Shown here one piece after another: positions 56,744-64,000 of a DNA stretch of 64,000 nucleotides. The first letter of the stretch is position 1. Each line of letters begins with the position of its first letter. This DNA is from a virus. Its lineage: Duplodnaviria > Caudoviricetes. Where the stretch lies: positions 562 to 64,561 of IMG/VR virus record IMGVR_UViG_3300025127_000001; one strand, written 5' to 3'. Made by a program: the position numbers and the translations under genes. The notes under the pieces were generated by a model. That model saw only the letters and a program-made list of their open reading frames with translations, was not told the DNA's origin and made no database searches.

Positions 56744-58300
56744 ATGTCAGACAAAATTGTCAAAAACCTTAACTTTGGTAACGATGCCAAAGAAAAGGTA
56801 TTTAAAGGAATAGATAAACTCACTAAAGCTGTTAGCTCCACATTAGGGGCTAGCGGCAAGTGTGTTATACTAGAAGATAATAATGGAAAACCCATTATAA
56901 CAAAAGATGGTGTAACAGTCGCTGAATCTATAATATTATTAGATCCAGTTGAAAACATGGGTGCTACATTATTGAAACAAGCGGCTAGACAAACAGTACA
57001 AGACGCTGGAGATGGTACAACAACAGCAACGTTATTGGCTCACTCTATACTTGAAGAAGCTCAACAAAACAATGGGGATCAAGTTAGAGATATTAAAATA
57101 GGTATTAATAATGGTGTGCAAAAAGTTGTTAAGTATTTAGAGAAAAACTCTATACCTGTAGAAGGTAAAATGATTGATCAAGTTGCTACAATATCTACAA
57201 ACAACGATAAGAACTTAGGTGAACTTATTGGAAAAGCTTTTAAAGCTGTAGATGAAACAGGTGTAGTAATGATGGAACCAACCGACAATGGTGAAACATG
57301 TGTTGATATTGTTGACGGTGTACAGTATGATAAGGGATTATTAAGCAATCACTTTATAACTAGTAAAGAAAAAAAGACTGCTGAACTAGAAAACCCTTAT
57401 GTATTACTTATTGAATCAGAAGTAAATTCTATTAGAAGTATACAGTCTGTTTTAGAGTTTGTAATTAAAAATAACAAACCTTTATTAATAATTGCAGACA
57501 TGGAACAACCAGTTGTATCTGCGTTAGCAATGAATAAGATTAAAGGTAATATAAAAGTAAACGTTATAAACGCTCCTACATATGGTGTAAATAAAAAAGA
57601 TACACTAGATGACTTAGCAATGCTGACTGGAGCTACTATTATAAACGAAGATCTTGGAGATACACTTGACTTAATTCAACCTGATTATTTAGGCACATGT
57701 ATAAGATCTGTTACTAGTAACAATGAAACTATAATTCAAGTAGACACGCCTAGTGATGAAGTTAAAAGTATTGTTAAAGAAATTAAAAAGCAATTAAAAA
57801 AGACTAAAGCTCCAGGTGAAATAATAAGACTTGAAAAAAGACTAGCTAGATTATCAGCTAAAGTTGCAGTTGTTAAAGTTGGTGCTAGTTCAGAAGTAGA
57901 ATTAAAAGAAAAACAAGATAGAGTCGAAGACGCTATCTGTGCTACTAAAGCCGCAATAAAAGAGGGAATTGTTTCAGGTGGAGGCATTGCGCTTCTAAAC
58001 GCTTCGCAACAAATCAAACCAAAATCAACAGGTGAAAGTATATTACTACAAGCTATTAAAAAACCGTTTGATTGTATACTAAAAAATGCTGGTATTGAAA
58101 ACGACGTACCAATAGCTAAAGAAGGTTTTGGTATAAACGTGGTTACAGGAGATATGGTAAATATGATCGAATCTGGAATTATCGATCCGCTTTTAGTTAC
58201 AAAAAGCGCCCTTAAAAACGCGGCTTCAGTAGCAACTACTATATTATCTACAGATTGTGTAATCAATAATTTAAGATTAGATGAAAGCTGTAGGGTATAA
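56744..58300 (+). CDS. groL: Phage chaperonin GroEL
   Basis: ITKDGVTVA, AGDGTTTAT, DRVEDA..AT.AA..EGIV.GGG, GIIDP; no GGM tail. Confidence 0.95.
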   Translation: MSDKIVKNLNFGNDAKEKVFKGIDKLTKAVSSTLGASGKCVILEDNNGKPIITKDGVTVAESIILLDPVENMGATLLKQAARQTVQDAGDGTTTATLLAHSILEEAQQNNGDQVRDIKIGINNGVQKVVKYLEKNSIPVEGKMIDQVATISTNNDKNLGELIGKAFKAVDETGVVMMEPTDNGETCVDIVDGVQYDKGLLSNHFITSKEKKTAELENPYVLLIESEVNSIRSIQSVLEFVIKNNKPLLIIADMEQPVVSALAMNKIKGNIKVNVINAPTYGVNKKDTLDDLAMLTGATIINEDLGDTLDLIQPDYLGTCIRSVTSNNETIIQVDTPSDEVKSIVKEIKKQLKKTKAPGEIIRLEKRLARLSAKVAVVKVGASSEVELKEKQDRVEDAICATKAAIKEGIVSGGGIALLNASQQIKPKSTGESILLQAIKKPFDCILKNAGIENDVPIAKEGFGINVVTGDMVNMIESGIIDPLLVTKSALKNAASVATTILSTDCVINNLRLDESCRV

Positions 58301-58541
58301 TATTGTAATTAAAACGGAAACTCCTGGGACAAAGAAAACAAAAGGAGGTTTGCTTTTAACAGAAAGTCAAAGAATAGATGTTAGGTACCAAGAGGCAGAG
58401 GTTCTTACAGTAGGACCAGATGTACTAGGTATAAATGAAGGTGATAAAGTATTTTTTGATAAAAGAGCAGCAACAAGATTAGAAATAAATAAAGATATTT
58501 TTCATGTAATAAAATATTCTGACGTTGTAGTTGTATTATGA
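58281..58541 (+). CDS. groS: Co-chaperonin GroES
   Basis: KTKGGLLL mobile loop, V..VG, I.EGD.V.F, DV. Confidence 0.85.
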   Translation: MKAVGYNIVIKTETPGTKKTKGGLLLTESQRIDVRYQEAEVLTVGPDVLGINEGDKVFFDKRAATRLEINKDIFHVIKYSDVVVVL

Positions 58542-58981
58542 GACTAGATGCAAGTGATTTAAAAGAATTAAACTTGCTCAAACATTATAGAATAATTAGA
58601 AAATGGGCTTGTAAAAACAACAATTTAACTGACGCAGAATTAGAGTTACTTATATATCTTGATTGTATGGATATGTTTTCCAAGCATGATTTTGAAATTG
58701 GTACTTACTCTTATAGTTGGAACAATAGACGCTGGAACAAATTGTTACAAGAAGGTTGGATTGTTGTGTGGAGACATAACAATAGAACAACCCAGAAATA
58801 TAACATATATAAAGTTTCATTTAAGTGTAAACAACTTATACAGAGAATGTACCGTATTATGCTTGGCGAAGAAGATATACCGACCAGCGAACGTCGCAAC
58901 AAGATAATGAAAGGTAAAACGTATATGGATAAAGTATTACAAACATCTATATACAATGTAAATAAAGATAAAAATAGATAA
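58538..58981 (+). CDS. Winged-helix-like protein
   Basis: LTDAELELLIYL...KLLQEGWI pattern resembles MarR-type wHTH. Confidence 0.5.
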   Translation: MRLDASDLKELNLLKHYRIIRKWACKNNNLTDAELELLIYLDCMDMFSKHDFEIGTYSYSWNNRRWNKLLQEGWIVVWRHNNRTTQKYNIYKVSFKCKQLIQRMYRIMLGEEDIPTSERRNKIMKGKTYMDKVLQTSIYNVNKDKNR

Positions 58982-58984
58982 ACT

Positions 58985-59533
58985 ATGGGAGTAGCAAGCG
59001 GTGGTCTTGGAATTGCGGGTAACATGATAATGAAAAAATACTCAGATGAGCAATTAAGAAGTCTAGCTGACGGACCAATGGGTGGTCCAGCTGTTATGAA
59101 AGAAATACAGCGTAGACAAACTCTGGGTAACTTTGGTCAAGGTGGTGATCAAGGTGGAGTAGGAGCAGCGGTATCAAGAGCAGCAGCAGCAGCATCTGCA
59201 CCAACTGGAAGTCCTGGTAGTGATTCTAGATTTAAATCTATAGAAGAAAGATTAAGTAAACTAGAAGGCGGAGGTGAAGATACAGCTGTTGGTAATGTAT
59301 CAAATACAGTTACAGAATTTGGCAAAGGTTATGATTTTGGAACTGGTGGTAGTGCTGTAGCAGGAAATTCCACAGGTATGGTTAATCCACCACCTATGAT
59401 GCCATCAGAAGAAGTTTCCTTTCAAGCAGACAAAAGCTCAAGAGCTTTTAATCCGTTACAAACAAAATCAATAGTAGCTCAATATGGTTCTATGAAAGAA
59501 AGAAACGAAGCTGCTGGTTATTACGAAAAATAA
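58985..59533 (+). CDS. Low-complexity hypothetical protein
   Basis: G/A/S-rich, 182 aa. Confidence 0.55.
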   Translation: MGVASGGLGIAGNMIMKKYSDEQLRSLADGPMGGPAVMKEIQRRQTLGNFGQGGDQGGVGAAVSRAAAAASAPTGSPGSDSRFKSIEERLSKLEGGGEDTAVGNVSNTVTEFGKGYDFGTGGSAVAGNSTGMVNPPPMMPSEEVSFQADKSSRAFNPLQTKSIVAQYGSMKERNEAAGYYEK

Positions 59534-59539
59534 AAAACT

Positions 59540-60271
59540 ATGAAAGATAATTACGAATTAGATTCTGGCAACGTAAACATGAGTGCCGAAGGAAAAGCAG
59601 TAGGCTACAACATGTTTGGTGATGGAGCTTTAACAGGCAAAGATCAACAACGTATAGACGGTGTCATGATGGGCAGTGGTAATGTACCTCAGTTTGGTGG
59701 TGATTTTGCTACACAAAAACATAGTGTTGGTATGCCACAACAACAATCTACACCTCCACCTATGCCTGATGGCGGTAAGGGAGCTGTAGTTACTGGAAGT
59801 GAAAACTTTGCAACAACTACACATCAGCCAGGAATGCCTAGCGCTGCAGAGCATGGTAATGCTAGCGGTTATACTCAAAGTCCAGAGGATATGTTTCCAA
59901 CAGGTCAACCAAAACCAACAAACATATTTAAGAAAAAAGAAGGTGGTACTGACGTGGGCAACGCATTACGAAGTGTTAAAAAATTCTTTCAAGGTAGAGA
60001 CAATGCTAGCATGAAACAAAACATAGTTGGTGCTGGTGGTAAGTTTGATGACCAAGGCAATTTAACTTTTGACCCAAACGCTGAAGGTGCTAACTTAAAT
60101 AAAATGATGCGTAAAGCAAATAGATTTAATTCTTTTCAAACTAACCAAGGAAACGATGCTAATAAAATTGACTTATCTAGCTTTGGTTCGGATAAAAAAG
60201 GTAAAGGTTTATTTAAATCAGCAAAACCAGGTGGATCTGGCTTTGGTAATTTATTAAGAAACATATTTTAA
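59540..60271 (+). CDS. Low-complexity hypothetical protein
   Basis: G-rich; internal repeat FAT..H..GMP. Confidence 0.55.
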   Translation: MKDNYELDSGNVNMSAEGKAVGYNMFGDGALTGKDQQRIDGVMMGSGNVPQFGGDFATQKHSVGMPQQQSTPPPMPDGGKGAVVTGSENFATTTHQPGMPSAAEHGNASGYTQSPEDMFPTGQPKPTNIFKKKEGGTDVGNALRSVKKFFQGRDNASMKQNIVGAGGKFDDQGNLTFDPNAEGANLNKMMRKANRFNSFQTNQGNDANKIDLSSFGSDKKGKGLFKSAKPGGSGFGNLLRNIF

Positions 60272-60281
60272 AACAAACAAC

Positions 60282-60494
60282 ATGAATCATTATAAAAACG
60301 ATCCCCACGCAGAAATGTATGGTAAAGGTAAAGTAGGTATTGTAGGTGAATCTCATATATGGGACGGACCCTTAAATCAGCATGGTAGACTACATGCTCC
60401 AGGTTCTAGCTCTGGTATTACAGGTATGCAAGTACTTAAATATCCTAGCGCTTATAAAGCTGGACCTATTACTTTAATCGCACAAATGGGGTAA
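60282..60494 (+). CDS. Hypothetical protein
   Basis: 70-aa ORF coupled to endolysin. Confidence 0.55.
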   Translation: MNHYKNDPHAEMYGKGKVGIVGESHIWDGPLNQHGRLHAPGSSSGITGMQVLKYPSAYKAGPITLIAQMG

Positions 60495-60847
60495 TGAAAT
60501 ACTTTCAATATGAAGAGTTTGACTCGCCTGACATACAAGGTAGTGGTCAATTAATGAGCAAAGAACTGTTGAGCAAGCTTGAGATGATACGTGAAGAGTA
60601 TGGTAAACCAATACATATAAACTCTGGTTATCGTACCGAAGCGCATAATGAAAAGGTTGGCGGAGTTTCGTCATCTTCTCATTTAAAAGGTTTAGCTGTA
60701 GATATAGCTTGTAAATCTAGTAGAGATAGATTTGAGCTAATTGATTTGTTTATTAAACATGGTATAGATCGCATAGGTATAGCTAGTAGTTTTATACACA
60801 TAGATATTGACAAGAGTAAATCTAATAATGTAATTTGGACTTATTAA
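60494..60847 (+). CDS. Peptidase M15A endolysin
   Basis: SGYR...HN..VGG...SSH..G.AVD...FIHID. Confidence 0.88.
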   Translation: MKYFQYEEFDSPDIQGSGQLMSKELLSKLEMIREEYGKPIHINSGYRTEAHNEKVGGVSSSSHLKGLAVDIACKSSRDRFELIDLFIKHGIDRIGIASSFIHIDIDKSKSNNVIWTY

Positions 60848-60848
60848 A

Positions 60849-61115
60849 ATGGCAAACAAATTTAAAAAATCAGAACTAGCGTGTAATAAACCCAGAAAAA
60901 CACCTGGCCACAAAACCAAGTCTCATATTGTAAAGGCTTGTAAAGATGGTAAAGAGAAGATTATTAGATTTGGCCAGCAAGGTGTAAGCACTGCTGGTAA
61001 AAAGAAAGACGCTAAATCAAAAGCAAGACGTAAAAGCTTTAAAGCTAGACACGCTAAAAATATTGCTAAAGGAGTGTTTAGCGCAGCATACTGGGCTAAC
61101 AAAGTAAAATGGTAA
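60849..61115 (+). CDS. Small basic protein
   Basis: 'IRFGQQG...RRKSFKARH...SAAYWA..KW'. Confidence 0.65.
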   Translation: MANKFKKSELACNKPRKTPGHKTKSHIVKACKDGKEKIIRFGQQGVSTAGKKKDAKSKARRKSFKARHAKNIAKGVFSAAYWANKVKW

Positions 61116-61118
61116 ATT

Positions 61119-61316
61119 ATGGCAAATAAATTTCCTGAAATAAAAGAAAAAAACGAAGGTAAGTTTACTAAGTGGGTAAAGAAAAATATGCCTGGTAAAG
61201 ATACTTGTGCCGCTGCATCTGCAGTTATGGCAAAGAAAGATGATTATAGTGAAGCTGTTGTTAAGATGGCTAACTATGCGAATAACTTTGGCTGTAAAAA
61301 GAAAAAGAAAAAATAA
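61119..61316 (+). CDS. Small basic protein
   Basis: 'K.KNEGKFT...ANYA.N'. Confidence 0.6.
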   Translation: MANKFPEIKEKNEGKFTKWVKKNMPGKDTCAAASAVMAKKDDYSEAVVKMANYANNFGCKKKKKK

Positions 61317-61819
61317 TGGCTTTTAAGATGAAAGGTTTTCCTCAACTTGGAGATTTACAAAATGATCAACTTAAATCTCAAGTAGGAAATGGTACTAATC
61401 GACAGCCAATGTTATCAGAGTATAAAGAGGATAGTATATTTACTAAACTAAAAACTATAATTAGTAATCCTTTTGATGCAATAAAAGTAGCATATCAAGG
61501 CGGAAGATCTGATCAAGGAGACTATACTCATTCAAGCTTGACAAACTTAAGAAGAGCTAAAGATGCGGCTGATGCTGGTAATCCAGATGCTCAACAAAGT
61601 TTTAATAGAACTAGCGCTTTTAATACAGCTGCTAGTTTAACACCTTATGCTATGGCTGCGTCAACGATAGCTGACTTGGCTTCAGGTGATCCTACTGGAG
61701 CTATACTAAAAAAGGTTAATAAAATACCTGGGTTTAAAAATGTAATTAAAGATCCTAAAAAAGCTGCAAAAGTAGCTAAGGGAATATATAAAACTTATAA
61801 AACAGATAAACAATTATAA
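61316..61819 (+). CDS. Hypothetical protein (MAFKMKG N-terminus)
   Basis: 167-aa ORF. Confidence 0.55.
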   Translation: MAFKMKGFPQLGDLQNDQLKSQVGNGTNRQPMLSEYKEDSIFTKLKTIISNPFDAIKVAYQGGRSDQGDYTHSSLTNLRRAKDAADAGNPDAQQSFNRTSAFNTAASLTPYAMAASTIADLASGDPTGAILKKVNKIPGFKNVIKDPKKAAKVAKGIYKTYKTDKQL

Positions 61820-61821
61820 CT

Positions 61822-62097
61822 ATGGGAAAAGCATGTTGCGATTACGAAAAAGGACATACTGGTAAATATACTGGTAATCACCCTCATTACGCTAAGTATG
61901 ACAATCATACACATACGCCTGTAAATAACTGTAATGCAGCGGCTGCAGAAAGAGATGATGCTGCTCATATGGACTATTTAAAAAGAGACGTATTGTATGA
62001 TGCTCATCATGGGCATAGTGACGAGAAAATGACTGCAGATGAAAAACATATTTCAAAACTAGCAGGAGATTTAAAATACGATAAAGAACATCATTAA
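61822..62097 (+). CDS. His-rich hypothetical protein
   Basis: 91 aa rich in H/D. Confidence 0.55.
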   Translation: MGKACCDYEKGHTGKYTGNHPHYAKYDNHTHTPVNNCNAAAAERDDAAHMDYLKRDVLYDAHHGHSDEKMTADEKHISKLAGDLKYDKEHH

Positions 62098-62109
62098 AAA
62101 AATAAAATT

Positions 62110-62508
62110 ATGGGACACTGTACAGACGGAAATCCAAAGTTCTTAGGTGCAGCACTTGGCGCATTAGCTGGTGCTGGAGCTCAAAAGCTAGTTGGAGGAC
62201 TCGGTAAAAAATTAGGAATTGGTATGAAAGGCGATCATGGTAAAATCATGCATTGCGGGCCAGGTCATCAAGTAGGCGGTGGTACTTTTTTAAGTAAACA
62301 CTGTGCTAATAGTAATTATAAAGATAAACCAGCTGGTGGTTATCAACCATTAAATTATATGTCAGCTTCATATAACGATATGGGTGATAGTAATAAACCT
62401 AAAGGTAAAATAGCTCAGAAGAGTGGTGGAGCTAAACCTGATTATCTTGATTTAGATGGCGACGGTAATAAGCAAGAGCCAATGAAAAAAGCAGCTAAAG
62501 AAAAATAA
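62110..62508 (+). CDS. Hypothetical protein with DxDGDG loop
   Basis: DYLDLDGDGN. Confidence 0.55.
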   Translation: MGHCTDGNPKFLGAALGALAGAGAQKLVGGLGKKLGIGMKGDHGKIMHCGPGHQVGGGTFLSKHCANSNYKDKPAGGYQPLNYMSASYNDMGDSNKPKGKIAQKSGGAKPDYLDLDGDGNKQEPMKKAAKEK

Positions 62509-62509
62509 A

Positions 62510-62692
62510 ATGAGTTGGGCTAGCTACAGGCAAGAACGTGGGTTAGGTGATTTTATTGAAAATAGAATAACTCGACCTACAGGTATAAAAGCAGTTGTTG
62601 ATGCTGTATCTAAAGGTTTAAACGTTCCGTGTGGTTGTGAAGGTAGGAAAGAGGCTTTAAACAGAATGCTGCCATTTAATAAAAATAAATGA
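62510..62692 (+). CDS. Hypothetical protein
   Basis: GLGD...TGIK.VVD...CGC..RKE.LN. Confidence 0.6.
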   Translation: MSWASYRQERGLGDFIENRITRPTGIKAVVDAVSKGLNVPCGCEGRKEALNRMLPFNKNK

Positions 62693-63057
62693 TAAAACTA
62701 AACAGCAAAGGTTTTGCTATGGGCCCAAGTCCATATCAAACCACTAACACACCTATTTATCAAAGAGATTTAGGACCTGGTGTACTAGGTGAATCTCTTA
62801 GAAACGGAGTTATAATACTTAATGAAAAGCTAGACCCTAAGTTTCATAATGAAGTTAAAGGTCATGAAGAAGTACATGTAGCTCAAATGAAGTCTGGTGA
62901 ACTAGATTACGATGATAACTATGTATACTGGAGAGGTGAAACAATACCTAAGCATAGCGCCAGAGCTTTGTCGGGTGATCCTAAAAAATTAGGGTATGAA
63001 GCACAAGCTTACCAATTATCTGGCACAAAATATAAAGACACTAAATATAACGTATAA
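62689..63057 (+). CDS. Small zincin-like metallopeptidase
   Basis: HEEVH plus downstream YE.QAY. Confidence 0.6.
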   Translation: MIKLNSKGFAMGPSPYQTTNTPIYQRDLGPGVLGESLRNGVIILNEKLDPKFHNEVKGHEEVHVAQMKSGELDYDDNYVYWRGETIPKHSARALSGDPKKLGYEAQAYQLSGTKYKDTKYNV

Positions 63058-63067
63058 AATTAAAACT

Positions 63068-64000
63068 ATGGCATTTAAAATGAGAGGTCTTGAACCTATA
63101 AACCAAAGAGCTTCTGCGGGAAAGGTAAAAAGACAAGTAAGAAGAGCAATGCGTAAAGGTTACGATTACGATGTTGATATGAACACCGGAGAAGTAACAC
63201 GCGGAGCTAGAGTAAACCCAAAAGAGGTTAAGCTAGATCCACTTGGACTAGGCTCAACTGGTAAAGCTCGTAGACAAAGAGCTAAAGATGTAGCTGCTGC
63301 ATACGAGGCTAATCAACCTATTTTTAGAGATGAAGACGCGAGTCATTCTGTAAGAAGAAAGAAAACAGAAGGTTTGTTTAACACTGTAGATAAGAAAATT
63401 GTAAAAGGATCTTATGATGAAGGTGTTGAAACAGTAATTAAACAACCAGGTGATGGGCCTAGAATGAGAAATGCATCAGCCATAAACCAAACTAGCATTG
63501 AGACAACTGGTGGTTATCAAGTAAGTGATGAGGATAGAGCAATAATTGAGGCAACTGAAAAAAGACTACAAGCTCAAGCAACAGCTCAAGCAGAGGCAAA
63601 AGCTGATAAAGATGTTAAAAATAATCCTCTTAAAAACAGAGAAACAAGAAATTACGAATCTACAGTTACTAACATTAGACAAGCTAAAACTCCAGAAGAA
63701 CTAGCTGCATTGGAAGCTTCAAAAGGTCAACCAGGAAGAGGTAGATTTAATGTAACCAAAACAGGTAAAGCTACTCGTAGCAAACTAGAACCTCTTAGTG
63801 CTTTAAACATAGATCCAGTAGGTCCTGTTGAATTTAAAACACCAGGCCCATCAGCTGATGTTAATATACCAAAACCAACAACACCTGGTAAAAAACCAGA
63901 CATGACTATTTCTGGTGGATCTATCTATAAGACTAAAGATAAGTCAAAAACAAAAACTCCTAAAGACACTATGTTTAGAGATGTTGATGGTGATGGTAAT
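63068..64000 (+). CDS. Hypothetical protein (MAFKMRG N-terminus), 3'-truncated
   Basis: Open from ATG 63068 to window end; ends DVDGDGN. Confidence 0.6.
   Translation, partial: MAFKMRGLEPINQRASAGKVKRQVRRAMRKGYDYDVDMNTGEVTRGARVNPKEVKLDPLGLGSTGKARRQRAKDVAAAYEANQPIFRDEDASHSVRRKKTEGLFNTVDKKIVKGSYDEGVETVIKQPGDGPRMRNASAINQTSIETTGGYQVSDEDRAIIEATEKRLQAQATAQAEAKADKDVKNNPLKNRETRNYESTVTNIRQAKTPEELAALEASKGQPGRGRFNVTKTGKATRSKLEPLSALNIDPVGPVEFKTPGPSADVNIPKPTTPGKKPDMTISGGSIYKTKDKSKTKTPKDTMFRDVDGDGN

Noticed and set aside
1-64000. Stop-codon reassignment; integrase or lysogeny module; antisense ORFs in the track
   Set aside because: Genes read intact in the standard code with dense packing; no recombinase or repressor recognised; antisense ORFs are shadows of real genes

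Overview
Most of the genome of an AT-rich tailed dsDNA phage, probably podovirus-like and infecting marine Flavobacteriia/Bacteroidota. The host and habitat are inferred from gene content and the near absence of Shine-Dalgarno sites. The + arm (50.5-64 kb, apparently continuing at 1-31 kb) holds tail fibres, GroEL/GroES, an M15 endolysin, small basic proteins, holin, terminase, portal, scaffold, capsid, tail and ejection proteins, including a 2584-aa multidomain protein. The - arm (31.1-50 kb) holds early small ORFs, ligase, a DenV-like glycosylase, a sigma factor, ERF/exonuclease/SSB, primase-helicase, a thymidylate-synthase-fold enzyme, NTP pyrophosphatases and class I RNR. No DNA polymerase or integrase was recognised. 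Main leads: (1) the giant virion protein looks like a zincin-processed polyprotein carrying a sigma-factor-like domain, alongside seven copies of a non-host-like early promoter and a second promoter class, suggesting an injected-sigma transcription cascade; (2) two anticodon-less, G3:U70 alanine-type tRNA-like RNAs, one next to an unannotated structured RNA; (3) a TS-fold enzyme with the dCMP-specific Asp of T4 gp42; (4) a duplicated 43-bp TGACA-N33-TGTCA element linking an HTH gene to a putative origin. All calls come from motif recognition by eye; no searches were run.
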